From NCBI GenBank assembly GCA_964370965.1, contig CAYJLW010000013.1, positions 5,696 through 69,695 of the forward strand: a stretch of 64,000 bases of DNA. Reading direction: 5' to 3'. Source of the DNA: an uncultured Acidimicrobiia bacterium. Its GTDB lineage: Bacteria; Actinomycetota; Acidimicrobiia; UBA2766. Shown one piece after another: positions 1 to 9,676 of this stretch. The position numbers were made by a program, and so were the translations under genes. The notes under the pieces were generated by a model. The model had not been told where the DNA came from and made no database searches. It was given only the letters and a program-made list of their open reading frames with translations. Each line of letters starts with the position of its first letter. Position 1 is the stretch's first letter.

Positions 1-194
1 GCTCCCCGGAACGGGGGGCTCGCCACCGTAGTTGCGGAACGCCAGGAGGACGAGCACGAAGAAGCCGAAGACGAAGACGAGGAGGGTGGCCTGCACCCAG
101 CCCTTTGCGATGATGAGCGGGCGCCGTTCCCCCCCGGCGGACGCCGACTCCGCCCCGGCAGACACCTGCTCCGCTTTCGCCGCCATCTCGCCCT
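1..194 (-). CDS. N-terminal part of a membrane protein of unknown function (partial, runs off the window start)
   Basis: Minus-strand ATG at 194-192 opens MAAKAEQVSAGAES...RRPLIIAKGWVQATLLVFVFGFFVLVLLAF, a hydrophobic helix after a charged N-terminus. GC3-rich codon usage. No family recognised. Confidence 0.3.
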
Positions 195-233
195 CCAGTT
201 CGGCCACGGAGGGAGCCCAGCTCTCCCGGCGCG

Positions 234-1904
234 TCAGCCTAGGCCCGCCTGCGCCATCGCCAGCGTCACCGGTGAGCAGATCTTGGGGTCTATGACGGCG
301 TTGATGCAGGCGGGCAGCCCGGAGGCGAGGGCACGCTCGATCGCGGGGCGGAGCTCGGCGGGATCCTGGACCTCTTCCCCGTACCCCCCCAGGGCCTTCA
401 CCATCTCGTGATAGGGCCGGTGGCCCAGCTCGGTGGCGACGAGGTGGTCGTAGCCGAACTGGATCCCCTGGCCGTGACGGGACATGCCCCAGGAGCCGTC
501 GTTGCCCACGAGGCAGACGATCGGGATCTCGTGGCGGACGGCGGTGTCGAACTCCATGGCGTTGAAGCCGAAGCTGCCGTCCCCCTCCACGAGGATCACG
601 GGGTGCTCGGGGCGGGCGAGCTTGGCGGCCAGGGCGAAGGGGATCCCGACGCCGAGGCAGCCCAGGTACGTCCCGGTGGACATGAGGCGGCCGGGGCCGT
701 GCGCGGGGAACGCCAGGAGTGCCCACGTCATGATGTCGCCCCCGTCGGCCACGAGCGTGGCGTCAGGGCCGGCCACCTCGGCGGCGGCCCTGACCAACTC
801 CAGGGGATGGATCGGCTTCGCCGCCAGCTCCCCGACGGAGGACAGGAGGTTGCGGCGGTTGGCCTCCGCCGCCCCCCTGAGACGGTCGCCCCAGGCCGAT
901 CGGGCGGCGCTCACGCCGCCCTCCCATGCGTCCGCGAGTTGGCGGCAGACGACCTTGGTGTCCCCGACGAGGCGGTGGTCTCCGGGGCGGTTCCGGGCGG
1001 TCTCGGCAGCGTCGAGATCGACTCGGATGATCGTCTTGCCGGCAAAGAGGTTCCCGTTCAGGAGCGTGAAGCCCAGGCGCACCCCCAGGCAGAGGACGAC
1101 GTCCGCGGCCATCGCCTCCCCGAACGCCCCCCCGATGGGCATCGGGAGCCCGAAGGACCACGGGTGCGCGTCGGGCAGGACGCCGCGCCCGGCGTTCACG
1201 GAGAACACGGGGAGGCCGGCGGTCTCGGCGAGGCGGGCCAGGGCGTCGCCGGCTCGCGACCAGTGGGCGCCGCTGCCCACGAGCACGATGGGACGCTCGG
1301 CGGCGGAGAGGACGGCGGCCACCTCGGCCACGGCATCCGGGTCGGCCCCGGGCGGGACGGCAAAGGCGACCGCGGGGGCCGCGGCGTCCTCGGGGACGGG
1401 GGTGGCGAGCACGTCGAAGGGAACGTCGAGGTAGACCGGGCCGGGCCGGCCGCTGCGGGCCTCGGCGAGGGCCGTCGCCGTGTACTCCCCCGCTCGACGC
1501 GCCGTGGCGCAGGACCGCGCCCACTTCGTGACGGGGCGGACCATGTCGAGCTGCGCGAGGTCCTGTAGCGGCCACGTGTCGGCCTCCCGCAGGGGCCGGG
1601 CACCGGCCAGGCAGAGGACGGGGCTGGAAGACATCTGGGCGTTCGCGAGCCCCGTGACCGCGTCGGAGATCCCCGGCCCGGCGGTGACGGCGCAGACGCC
1701 GGTCTCACCCGTGGCGAGCGCCCAGCCCTCGGCCATGTGTGCGGCAGCCTGCTCGTGACGGGTGTCCACGATGCGGAGGCCCTCCCTCTGGCAGGCGTAG
1801 AGGATGGGGTCGATGTGCCCACCGTGGAGACAGAAGAGGTGGTCGACACCGGAGGCCGCCAGCGTGCGGCCGACGAGGCGTCCTGCGTCGTGACGGTCGT
1901 ACAT
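234..1904 (-). CDS. thiamine-pyrophosphate-dependent enzyme (acetolactate synthase / benzoylformate decarboxylase family)
   Basis: 556 aa from ATG at 1904 (MYDRHD..., SD-like GGGGGACGAG upstream). N-terminal PYR domain (GVDHLFCLHGG, VTAGPG) and C-terminal TPP motif GDGSFGFNAMEFDT...NDG. The ORF-track start at 1988 is an upstream extension. Confidence 0.8.
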   Translation of the reverse strand: MYDRHDAGRLVGRTLAASGVDHLFCLHGGHIDPILYACQREGLRIVDTRHEQAAAHMAEGWALATGETGVCAVTAGPGISDAVTGLANAQMSSSPVLCLAGARPLREADTWPLQDLAQLDMVRPVTKWARSCATARRAGEYTATALAEARSGRPGPVYLDVPFDVLATPVPEDAAAPAVAFAVPPGADPDAVAEVAAVLSAAERPIVLVGSGAHWSRAGDALARLAETAGLPVFSVNAGRGVLPDAHPWSFGLPMPIGGAFGEAMAADVVLCLGVRLGFTLLNGNLFAGKTIIRVDLDAAETARNRPGDHRLVGDTKVVCRQLADAWEGGVSAARSAWGDRLRGAAEANRRNLLSSVGELAAKPIHPLELVRAAAEVAGPDATLVADGGDIMTWALLAFPAHGPGRLMSTGTYLGCLGVGIPFALAAKLARPEHPVILVEGDGSFGFNAMEFDTAVRHEIPIVCLVGNDGSWGMSRHGQGIQFGYDHLVATELGHRPYHEMVKALGGYGEEVQDPAELRPAIERALASGLPACINAVIDPKICSPVTLAMAQAGLG

Positions 1905-2000
1905 CTCGTCCCCCTGTCCCCTTGGCTCCTTGCGGCATCCGGCACGTCGCCGTCCGCCAATACCAGCAGCGCTTCCCGCCGACGGCAAGACGGGGCGACC

Positions 2001-2915
2001 TCAGGTGCCCAGAGTCACCGCCCTCACAGCGGCCGGCGCCCCCACGACGGCCGGGGTGAACGTCTCGCCGGCGTCCCTGCTCATCAGGACCTCACCCGCG
2101 GACGTACCGGCGACGACAAGGTCTCCCGAGGCGGCGAGGGCCTGGCGCTCGACGTTGCCGGCGAAGCCCTCGTGGACGAGACGCCAGCGCACCGGCTCGG
2201 CGTCGGCGTCGGCGACGAAGATCGCCGCCTCGGGGCCGCCGGCGTCCCACATCGGGGGCGGCCCGGACGCCGCCGACATCACGAGGCGCCCCCCGGCGAG
2301 GGCGAGGCCCTGGGAGTAGCCGCGGTCCACGCCGTCGGCCTGCCAGGCCCAGGAGCGGCCTTCGTCGCGGCTGCGGTAGAAACCGCCTCCCGTGGTGGCG
2401 TAGAGGTTCGTACCGTCTGCGACGACGTGGTGGACGTCCTCGTAGAGCCCGTCGTTGCGCGCCTCCCAGGTCTCCCCGGCATCGCTGGAGACGGCGACCC
2501 CGCCCACCTCGACGCCCACGACGAGGCGGTCGCCGTCGACGACGATGCTGCAGAGGTCGGCGGGCCCCCAGGGCGACTCCCACGACTCATGGCCCGCCAC
2601 CTTCTCCAGGCCGGCGAGCCCCTCGGCGCCGGCCGGGGTGACCCGCCAGATCGCCGCCGGCTCGAGGCCCACGAAGGCGGTGCCGTCGTCCGTGCCGGCG
2701 ACGGTCCAGATCGTCTCCCCGGTGAGGCCGAGGTGCTCCCACGCTCCTCCCGCCGGGCGCCGGTGGGCTCCCCCGCCTTCGACGGCGGCAAAGGTCCAGT
2801 CCCCGGCGACGCTCACGGCCACGACGGACTCGCCGGGGAAGTCGACGCTCCGCTCCCCACCGGGATCCCTGAGCGTGACGAGCCCGTCCCCGGTTGCCAA
2901 CAGTATGTGCGCCAT
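2001..2915 (-). CDS. BNR/Asp-box repeat beta-propeller protein (Ycf48-like)
   Basis: 304 aa from ATG at 2915 (MAHILLATGDG). Repeated S-x-D-x-G-x-T-W/F motifs (SSDAGETW, SRDEGRSW, SRDAGETF). Confidence 0.7.
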   Translation of the reverse strand: MAHILLATGDGLVTLRDPGGERSVDFPGESVVAVSVAGDWTFAAVEGGGAHRRPAGGAWEHLGLTGETIWTVAGTDDGTAFVGLEPAAIWRVTPAGAEGLAGLEKVAGHESWESPWGPADLCSIVVDGDRLVVGVEVGGVAVSSDAGETWEARNDGLYEDVHHVVADGTNLYATTGGGFYRSRDEGRSWAWQADGVDRGYSQGLALAGGRLVMSAASGPPPMWDAGGPEAAIFVADADAEPVRWRLVHEGFAGNVERQALAASGDLVVAGTSAGEVLMSRDAGETFTPAVVGAPAAVRAVTLGT

Positions 2916-3033
2916 GGGCTCCCTTTCGAGCGTCGTCCGCGTCGAGAACGGTAGTGGCGTCTCCCTGGGTGGGTGCCACCGATCTCGGGAGCCGGGGTCC
3001 CCCGATCCGGGTCTGCGTTCCCGCAACCGTCCG

Positions 3034-4095
3034 TCAGGCCGGCAGGCCGGGTTCGATGACGATGCGCTGTACGTCGCCTCCGCCTGTGCGGAGCATCTCG
3101 AGTCCCTCGGCCGTCTTCTCCAGCGGGAAGCGGTGCGTGATGGAGCCCTCGATGTCGATCTTCCCCTCGGCCTCCATGCGGAGCACCTCCACGAGGTCCT
3201 CCTCGTGGGAGGCGAACGTGCCGATCACGGAGAGCTCGAAGACCGAGAACAACGCCTGGGGGAGGTCGATGCGGGGGGGCATCATGCCCACGCCCACGGT
3301 GAGGCAGCGACCCCCGCCCACGAGGGAGTTCACGGCTTGGGCGACCGTGTCGGGGACACCCACGCACTCGAGGACGACGTCGGCGCCCTCGCCGGTGGCG
3401 GCCCGGATGCCCCCGACGGGGTCGGCGCTGCCGGCGAGGACCACGTCGGTGGCCCCGAGACGCCGGGCCCGTTCCAGGGCGGCGGGGTTGGTGTCGACGG
3501 CGACGACCTGGCCGGCGCCGAGCACCCCGGCCAGGGCCACGGCCATGGAGCCGAGGCCGCCCACGCCGATGACGGCGACCTTCTCGCCCTCTCTCATTCC
3601 CGCCCGGCACTTGAGGGCGTGGTACGGGGTGGCGACGCAGTCCGTGGCCACCGCCGCCGCCGCCAGGGACACCTCGTCCGGGACGCGCACGAGCGCCGAA
3701 TGCGGCACCCGGACGGCTTCGGCGTAGGCGCCGTCGAAGTGCAGACCGACCGCGCCGAGGCGCGGGCAGGACATGGGGTGTCCTGTGGTGCAGGCCCGGC
3801 ACTGCCCGCAGCCGTCGCCGAGGTGCATCGCCACGCGGTCGCCCACCGCCCACCCGGTGACGCCCTCCCCCAGCGTCTCGACGACACCGGCGGGTTCGTG
3901 GCCGAGGATGAGCGGGAGCGGGCCCAGCACCGGCATACCTTCGAGGACGTGGACGTCGGAGTGGCACACCCCACATGCCGCCACGCGCACGACCACGTCG
4001 CCCGGCCCCGGTTCGGGGTAGGGCACCTCGTCGAGGACGAGCGGGGTCCCGGGGGCGTGCGTGCGCACGGCGCGCATCGTGGACGGGTTCGACAT
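3034..4095 (-). CDS. zinc-dependent alcohol dehydrogenase (MDR family)
   Basis: GHEPAGVV catalytic-zinc motif, CGQCRAC structural-zinc motif, GVGGLG Rossmann motif. AT-rich promoter region upstream with a CTAGC-N7-GCTAG palindrome at 4132-4148. Confidence 0.85.
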   Translation of the reverse strand: MSNPSTMRAVRTHAPGTPLVLDEVPYPEPGPGDVVVRVAACGVCHSDVHVLEGMPVLGPLPLILGHEPAGVVETLGEGVTGWAVGDRVAMHLGDGCGQCRACTTGHPMSCPRLGAVGLHFDGAYAEAVRVPHSALVRVPDEVSLAAAAVATDCVATPYHALKCRAGMREGEKVAVIGVGGLGSMAVALAGVLGAGQVVAVDTNPAALERARRLGATDVVLAGSADPVGGIRAATGEGADVVLECVGVPDTVAQAVNSLVGGGRCLTVGVGMMPPRIDLPQALFSVFELSVIGTFASHEEDLVEVLRMEAEGKIDIEGSITHRFPLEKTAEGLEMLRTGGGDVQRIVIEPGLPA

Positions 4096-4393
4096 GTTCC
4101 CTCTTCCGCCTGCGAAAGATGTTGCACTACACTAGCAATCATCGCTAGGAAAACAAGCTTTAGGACCCCGCGAGACTGCGCCCGGCCTGCTTCGGTCAGG
4201 GGGCCGCTCGGGCCCCCTGACGAGACCACCGAGATCACGCTCGGAAGCGAGCAAGTCGTCGACATCGGCGGGATGCCCTCAACAGGGGATACTCGGGTAG
4301 ACACGGGTGTGGGCGGCCTGTCGCGGCTTCGGGTGCGACACGCTCCAGCGCCCGAAAGAACCCGCTTGCCAGCTTCCAGGCCAGGAGGTCGCG

Positions 4394-5524
4394 TCAGCCC
4401 CGCGAGTCCTGATCATCCGAGGGTCCACCTACGGCCTGATGCAGCCACGCCGTCAGGAAGTCCTCGCCGTGCTCCGACGCCTCTTCCTCAAAGGCTCCTG
4501 CTATCTCGGCCACCACGCTCTGAAACTCGTAGCCGACCACCTCGGCCGCGGCTCTGAAAGCGCGCTGATACACCCGCAGGAGCAACTCGGGCCCGACCTT
4601 GCTCTGCGTTAGTTCGTTGAGAGCCGTGCGGCCAACCACGACAGCGGTTGCCGGGGAGGCTCGCAGGACTGCGCCCTTCGAGCGATGTCCCTTTAGGGTG
4701 TTGCCGACAATGGCGGCGTAGAAGGTCCGGGCGCCCCACACCTCCTCCAACGCACGTAGCTGGTCACCGAGCCGCTTACCGTCCCCGCCCTTGGCCGACC
4801 CGGTCTTGCTCTTGATCTGAAACAGACGAATGCGCTCAGGCTCCTCAAGACTCGGCACTTGGCCGACATCTGCGCCAGGAAACGGATTCATGACAGGATC
4901 CAAAGTCTCCTTGACACCACCCTTCCCCCGAGGCTCAGGAATCCGAAAGTTGCCTCGCATAGCGCCCAAGATCTCTTGGTGAAGATTTCCGACAAGGTCC
5001 TCAATCTTCATCAAAATCTTATGGGATGTCGTGCTCTCGATTGTACGACCAAGATCACGTCCGCTGAGCAATTCAAAATTAGCCGAAAGGATGAACGGAT
5101 CCAGCACATCGCCCGGGTTACTTCCGCGGCGCAAACTGTCTGCTGATGCAGGGAACTGGCGGACTACGTCAATAACGATGCGGGCAAGGAATGCAGTTGC
5201 GCGCTCCGGGTCTGAGAAGGCGCGGCAGAGCTGTATCTGATCGGCCAATGCCTCGGCCATGCCGGTACCGGCGGACAATTCCGAGGCCAGCGCACCCAAG
5301 AGGTCGCTGTGGGCCATGTTTCCGAGTTCCAGAGCGCTCCAGTCGCTCGAAAATGGAAACCGGATCGCCCTGGTCGAAATCTTCAGGTCCGTACACGCCT
5401 TATTGAATAAGTCCACGGCCGCAGCATTTCGCAGCCACTTCAGGTCATCGCTGGCTCGGCGAATCTCATCGACAAGATCCGGGGCGAGCCCCTCAAAAGC
5501 GCCGGTGAGCCAATCGGCATTCAA
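4394..5524 (-). CDS. putative type II restriction endonuclease (partner of the C5 methyltransferase)
   Basis: 376 aa. The start (TTG at 5524) overlaps the methyltransferase stop (TGA 5523-5521). Lies immediately downstream of the M gene inside the low-GC island. No recognised family motifs, so the call is inference from context. Confidence 0.45.
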   Translation of the reverse strand: MNADWLTGAFEGLAPDLVDEIRRASDDLKWLRNAAAVDLFNKACTDLKISTRAIRFPFSSDWSALELGNMAHSDLLGALASELSAGTGMAEALADQIQLCRAFSDPERATAFLARIVIDVVRQFPASADSLRRGSNPGDVLDPFILSANFELLSGRDLGRTIESTTSHKILMKIEDLVGNLHQEILGAMRGNFRIPEPRGKGGVKETLDPVMNPFPGADVGQVPSLEEPERIRLFQIKSKTGSAKGGDGKRLGDQLRALEEVWGARTFYAAIVGNTLKGHRSKGAVLRASPATAVVVGRTALNELTQSKVGPELLLRVYQRAFRAAAEVVGYEFQSVVAEIAGAFEEEASEHGEDFLTAWLHQAVGGPSDDQDSRG

Positions 5525-6816
5525 CGTACTCGACGGTTGCGCGCGGCTGCACGAACCTTCCGTACGGCGATGGCTAGCAGCCCATCCTCGTCCTGAGGAT
5601 GGGGCGCAGCAGGTCTAGCGCCTGACATGGCCTCGGCGACGCTCCGCCCAGCTGCCATTCCGAGCGCCATGGGGACTGCGTTGCCGATCTGGACATAGTG
5701 CTGGTTCATCGATCCCGAGAATCTCCAATCATCAGGAAAACCCTGCAGCCTCGCGCACTCTCGAACCGAGAGTGGTCGGGTGTCCTGCGGATGACAGAGC
5801 GCAGAGCCCTTCCGATTCGCTTTACCCGTGATTGTCGGCGCGGGCTCATCCCAACTCAGGCGACGAAAGAACCCCGTCTTCCCACCGCCAGCCGCGTAGC
5901 TTCGTTCTCCCATGGCACGCCGAGCAATATCCGTCGGCAGAGATCGCCAGTTGCCGCCAGGCGGTACTAGATCGAAGACCCGGGCCACGTTGGGGGTATA
6001 TTGCGACCCTGGTCCGGGGTCACTGATGAGGTCTGCAATCGCGTCCTTGAGGGTGACAAAGCCCAAGCTTGATCTTGGTCCATGCGTGACTTGGGGCAAA
6101 GCTGGCGCTCCCTCGTCCCGTGATCCAAGCATTAGGAATCGAAGTCGCTTTTGCGGTGCGCCCAATTCTGAGGAATCGAAGACTCCGAAGGTAACGGCAT
6201 AACCTAACCCGGCGACCGCTGTGTCCAGCAAGAAACGCATCGCTGATCCAGACAGCTCGTCTTCTGCCAAAGGATGTGCGCCTCCGACTTCAGCCGGAAA
6301 GAGGGACGCCTGATCACGGCCGTATCTGGAGAGGTTCCAATGCTTCCCGGGCCGCTCATCGATAGGACGATGTCGAAGCGCTGCAGTCACCAAGTTGGCG
6401 ACATTCTCTAGAATGAAGAATCGCGGGCGGACTTCAGATATGAGGCGAAGATATTCAAGGATTAGGTTTCCCCGAGGATCAGAGAGAGCGGCCCGCTTCC
6501 CACCCGGACAAAAGCTCTGGCATGGGGGGCCGCCCACCATCAGGTCAACCTCGCCCGTTCCGCGGCTAGCGGCCGCCAGGTCTCGGCCGGAGAGCGATGC
6601 AACGTCCGCCTGGAGAACACTCAGGTTGGGCCGGTTGCCACGGATGGTCTCAACGAAGACTGGCTCGATCTCGACAGCCAACTCCGGAGCGAGGCCTATC
6701 GCCTCCAAGCCCAGATCGAGGCCCATCGCACCTGTGAACAAGGACCAGACTCTCGACACCCTTGACCTCTGGCGTCCGTCGGGGCAAGTCGTGAGCGTAC
6801 AGCGCCGGGATCCCAC
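5521..6816 (-). CDS. DNA (cytosine-5)-methyltransferase
   Basis: Motif I LFTGAMGLDLG, motif IV GGPPCQSFCPGG, motif VI ENV, motif X QIGNAVP, and a variable target-recognition domain between them. GTG start at 6816. Confidence 0.9.
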   Translation of the reverse strand: MGSRRCTLTTCPDGRQRSRVSRVWSLFTGAMGLDLGLEAIGLAPELAVEIEPVFVETIRGNRPNLSVLQADVASLSGRDLAAASRGTGEVDLMVGGPPCQSFCPGGKRAALSDPRGNLILEYLRLISEVRPRFFILENVANLVTAALRHRPIDERPGKHWNLSRYGRDQASLFPAEVGGAHPLAEDELSGSAMRFLLDTAVAGLGYAVTFGVFDSSELGAPQKRLRFLMLGSRDEGAPALPQVTHGPRSSLGFVTLKDAIADLISDPGPGSQYTPNVARVFDLVPPGGNWRSLPTDIARRAMGERSYAAGGGKTGFFRRLSWDEPAPTITGKANRKGSALCHPQDTRPLSVRECARLQGFPDDWRFSGSMNQHYVQIGNAVPMALGMAAGRSVAEAMSGARPAAPHPQDEDGLLAIAVRKVRAAARNRRVR

Positions 6817-7014
6817 AACGGTGGATGGGGCGCCTCCCCCCTGGCTGTCATAAGGCTGACGTGAGACACGTGTTGTAGCCCGCTATCTGTCGGGGCGAGA
6901 CCAGGACAGCGTGGAGCCCCATGTCGCCCCTTCGCCACCGCAGGAAACGGGACCCAATCCCCTCGGCCGACAGACGGCCAGCCGCGTCATGTAGAGGGCG
7001 CTCTCGATCGGGCG

Positions 7015-7440
7015 TTACCCCCTGACCACGTCCACGGACACGCAGCGGTCGAAGCGGACGGGCTGCCACTCCATGGGGGCGTACTGGAGGTGGTCGTAGC
7101 CGTCGACGAGGTGGAGCCACTTCACCATCCCGACCTCGACCTCGTTGGGGCCCTTGCCCCCCGGGGATCATGTAGTCCTCGTAGCCGTTGGAGACCGTCA
7201 GGGCGCCCGGACGCCACGTCGGGCTCGTGTGCAGGTTCACCCGAAAGTCGCCCACGTCGTTCCAGACCCCCGCGGTGTCGTCGGCGATGTCGAGAGCGGC
7301 GGCGTCGTCGGGGTGGATGAGCTGCGGACGGTGTCGGGGTGCCCACCGGTCGCTCCGGCCACCCGCTCCGGGCGGCACTCGCTGTCGAGGAGCCGCCGCA
7401 CCCGGGCCAGGAGCGGCTCCACGGTGACCGTCGTGCCGTC
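7015..7440 (-). pseudogene. C-terminal remnant of a molybdopterin bis-MGD oxidoreductase, paralogous to the 3' end of the 27563-30508 gene
   Basis: The minus-strand translation LIHPDDAAALDIADDTAGVWNDVGDFRVNLHTSPTWRPGALTVSNGYEDYMIPGG / KGPNEVEVGMVKWLHLVDGYDHLQYAPMEWQPVRFDRCVSVDVVRG* aligns with VVVHPEDAAREGIADHQPVRVSNEAGSFVVRAKLSPTQRPGGVTVYSGWDGHQFPGW...PSLVKHLGLAAGYGHLRYGPMEWQPVPCDRPVAVDIEAVVEG of the full-length gene. A +1 frameshift at the C6 run 7157-7162 separates the two segments. There is no N-terminal 800 aa, because the region upstream is the crtI-like promoter. Confidence 0.55.
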
Positions 7441-7523
7441 GGCGGGGGCGTCGTCGGTGACACGGGCGTCACCGGTTGTGGCGGGGCCTAATCGCTGGAT
7501 ATATTGGCTATCAATACCCATGA

Positions 7524-9155
7524 GTGGGAACTCACTCTCCGGGGGGATGCACGTTGAGCACACTCACCTACGACGCCATCGTCATCGGGGCGGGACACAA
7601 CGGCCTGTGCCTCGCTGCCTACCTGCAACGGGCCGGCCTCAAGACCGTCGTCGTGGAACGGCGCCACGAGGAAGGAGGCGGCGCGAACACCGAAGAACCC
7701 GTGCTGACGGGCTTCCGTCACAACATGCACGCGCAGTACATGGAGTTCTTCGACGTCATGCCGATGGTCCGGGACTTCGGCCTGGAGGAGATCGGCCTGC
7801 GCACCGTCATGCCCGAGGCGCAGGCGGGCATCACGTTCGCCGACGGCCGACCCCCCGTCGTCCTCTACCGTCCCGACCTCAACGACCGCACGTACGAGTC
7901 CATCGCCCAGTATTCCAAGGCCGACGCCGAGCTCTACGTCGAGCTCAAAGCCCGGGCGATGAAGCTCGAGGCGCTCCTCGCCGCCGGCCTCTACAACCTG
8001 CCCTCGCCCCTGTCCGAGGACCAGGCGCCCATCGTGGAGATGGTCTTCGGGGACCTCGGCCTCACGAAGTACCACGCCACCAAGACCTGCAAGGTCCTCA
8101 TCGACGAGCTCTTCGAGACCTCCGAGCTGCGGGCGCTGCTGTACCGCACCTGCGTGGAGTGGGGCTTCCCCATCGACGACTGGGGCACCGCACCGGGCTG
8201 GCTCACGTTCATCATGTGGACCATGTCCAACTGGAAGCTCACCGTCGGGGGCACCCACACGCTGGCCAAGGCCATGATGCAGGCCTGCTACCGCGAGGGG
8301 GTCGACCTCATCGAGAACACCATGGTCGAGCGGGTCGTCGTGGAGGACGGCCGTGCCGGGGGGGTGGTCGCCCGGGGCCGTGAGATCCGGGCGACCAAGG
8401 TTGTGGCCTCCAACGCCGACCTGAAGCAGACCCTGCTCGACTTCGTGGGCGAGGACCACCTCTCGGAGCTGTGGGTGAAGAGGGCGAAGGCCTACCGCTA
8501 CGGCCCCAGCCACGTCCTGGGCACGCCGATGTTCTGCCTCTACGAAGCCCCCGAGTACAAGTCGGCGCGATGGAACCCAGACATCGACAAGACCTTCTAC
8601 ACGATGGTCGGCTTCGACGGCGCCGACGACACCGCCCGCTACATCCGCGACGCCTACAGCGGGACGATGCCCAAGCCGGCGGCCGGCATGTGGGTGAACA
8701 CCCTCTGGGACCCCCAGCAGGCCCCGGCCGGGCGACAGTCCGCCACCGGCTGGTACTTCCTCCCCCCGGCGAGCGCCCTGTCGAGCGAGGAATGGGCCGA
8801 CGTGCGGGCGACGTTCAACGAACGGTTCCTGTCGGTGTGGCGCCAACACGCCCCCAACATGACCCCGGCGAACGTGATCGCGCACAAGCTCTACACACCG
8901 GACCAGATGGAGCACAAGAACCTCATGCGCGAGGGGGACTTCTCCAACGGCGAGTTCGCCCCCGACCAGTTGGGTGCCAACAGGCCCTTCCCCGAGGCGT
9001 CCAACTACCGCACCGAGGTCGACGGCCTGTACCTGTGCGGCCCTTCGGCCTACCCGGGCGGCGGGGTCCACGCCGCCTGCGGCTACAACGCCTTCAAGGC
9101 GATCGCCGAGGACCTCGGGCTGCCCAGCCCCATCGTGGCCGAGAGGGGGTACTGA
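7524..9155 (+). CDS. CrtI/phytoene-desaturase-family FAD-dependent oxidoreductase (paralog A1)
   Basis: N-terminal dinucleotide-binding YDAIVIGAGHNGL...ERRHEEGGG. C-terminal family motif CGPSAYPGGGVHAACGYNA. Start is GTG at 7524, or TTG at 7554 behind a GGGGGGA SD-like run. Confidence 0.85.
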   Translation: MGTHSPGGCTLSTLTYDAIVIGAGHNGLCLAAYLQRAGLKTVVVERRHEEGGGANTEEPVLTGFRHNMHAQYMEFFDVMPMVRDFGLEEIGLRTVMPEAQAGITFADGRPPVVLYRPDLNDRTYESIAQYSKADAELYVELKARAMKLEALLAAGLYNLPSPLSEDQAPIVEMVFGDLGLTKYHATKTCKVLIDELFETSELRALLYRTCVEWGFPIDDWGTAPGWLTFIMWTMSNWKLTVGGTHTLAKAMMQACYREGVDLIENTMVERVVVEDGRAGGVVARGREIRATKVVASNADLKQTLLDFVGEDHLSELWVKRAKAYRYGPSHVLGTPMFCLYEAPEYKSARWNPDIDKTFYTMVGFDGADDTARYIRDAYSGTMPKPAAGMWVNTLWDPQQAPAGRQSATGWYFLPPASALSSEEWADVRATFNERFLSVWRQHAPNMTPANVIAHKLYTPDQMEHKNLMREGDFSNGEFAPDQLGANRPFPEASNYRTEVDGLYLCGPSAYPGGGVHAACGYNAFKAIAEDLGLPSPIVAERGY

Positions 9156-9156
9156 G

Positions 9157-9624
9157 ATGCCGGAGATCTACAGCGAGGGCTGGTACGAAGCCGTCGTCGA
9201 CACCATCAACACCAAGGTCGGGACCCTCTCGGAGAAGGACGTCCCCAAAGGCGTCTGGCACGCCGTCGTGGAGATCGTCGCCGACGGCAGGTCCCCGTAC
9301 GTGGCGGAGGGCGACACCCGTCGCTTCCTGATCCGCATCGACGGCGGCCGCTGCGCCTGGTACCGGGAGATCGACACCCCGAACCCCGAGGGCGTGGAGC
9401 TCGACTACCGCTTCGTGGGCCCCGCCGCCGCCTTCGACGGCATCGCCGCCGGCATCGTCGACCCCGTCGACGCCGCCCTCGACGGCACCGTGCGGGTGCG
9501 GGGCGACATGCGCTTCCTGATGCGCCAGGCGGAGCTCGTGAAGACGCTCCTTGAGGCCTACACGTCCGGGGTGGACACGGAATGGCCCGCCGGCCGCCCG
9601 CCCTACAACGGTGCCGCCGGCTGA
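9157..9624 (+). CDS. SCP2 sterol/lipid-carrier-domain protein
   Basis: 155 aa. The ATG lies 1 nt after the A1 stop. C-terminal GDMRFLMRQAELVKTL is an SCP2-like helix motif. Confidence 0.7.
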   Translation: MPEIYSEGWYEAVVDTINTKVGTLSEKDVPKGVWHAVVEIVADGRSPYVAEGDTRRFLIRIDGGRCAWYREIDTPNPEGVELDYRFVGPAAAFDGIAAGIVDPVDAALDGTVRVRGDMRFLMRQAELVKTLLEAYTSGVDTEWPAGRPPYNGAAG

Positions 9625-9676
9625 GCCCGGCTGCCCCCTGCATTGGCAGTTCCCGTGCGAGTGAAAGGTCCTGGGG

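Larger units (their letters stand above)
4100..6850. mobile_element. low-GC horizontally acquired restriction-modification island (no integrase or repeats seen)
   Basis: GC content drops visibly (about 50-58%) relative to about 70% flanks. Carries an M gene and a putative R gene coupled by a TTGA overlap. Confidence 0.55.

Noticed and set aside
408-1960. Long ORFs on both strands (408-1568 plus, 484-1434 plus, 763-1575 minus, 1196-1960 minus) overlapping the TPP-enzyme gene
   Set aside because: Arg/Pro/Gly-rich translations typical of alternative frames in 70% GC DNA. The 234-1904 minus-strand frame carries coherent TPP-family motifs.
2455-4557. 700-aa plus-strand ORF spanning the antisense of the BNR and ADH genes, plus 2813-3976 minus
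   Set aside because: Low-complexity Ser/Pro/Arg-rich product. It crosses two well-supported minus-strand genes and an intergenic promoter.
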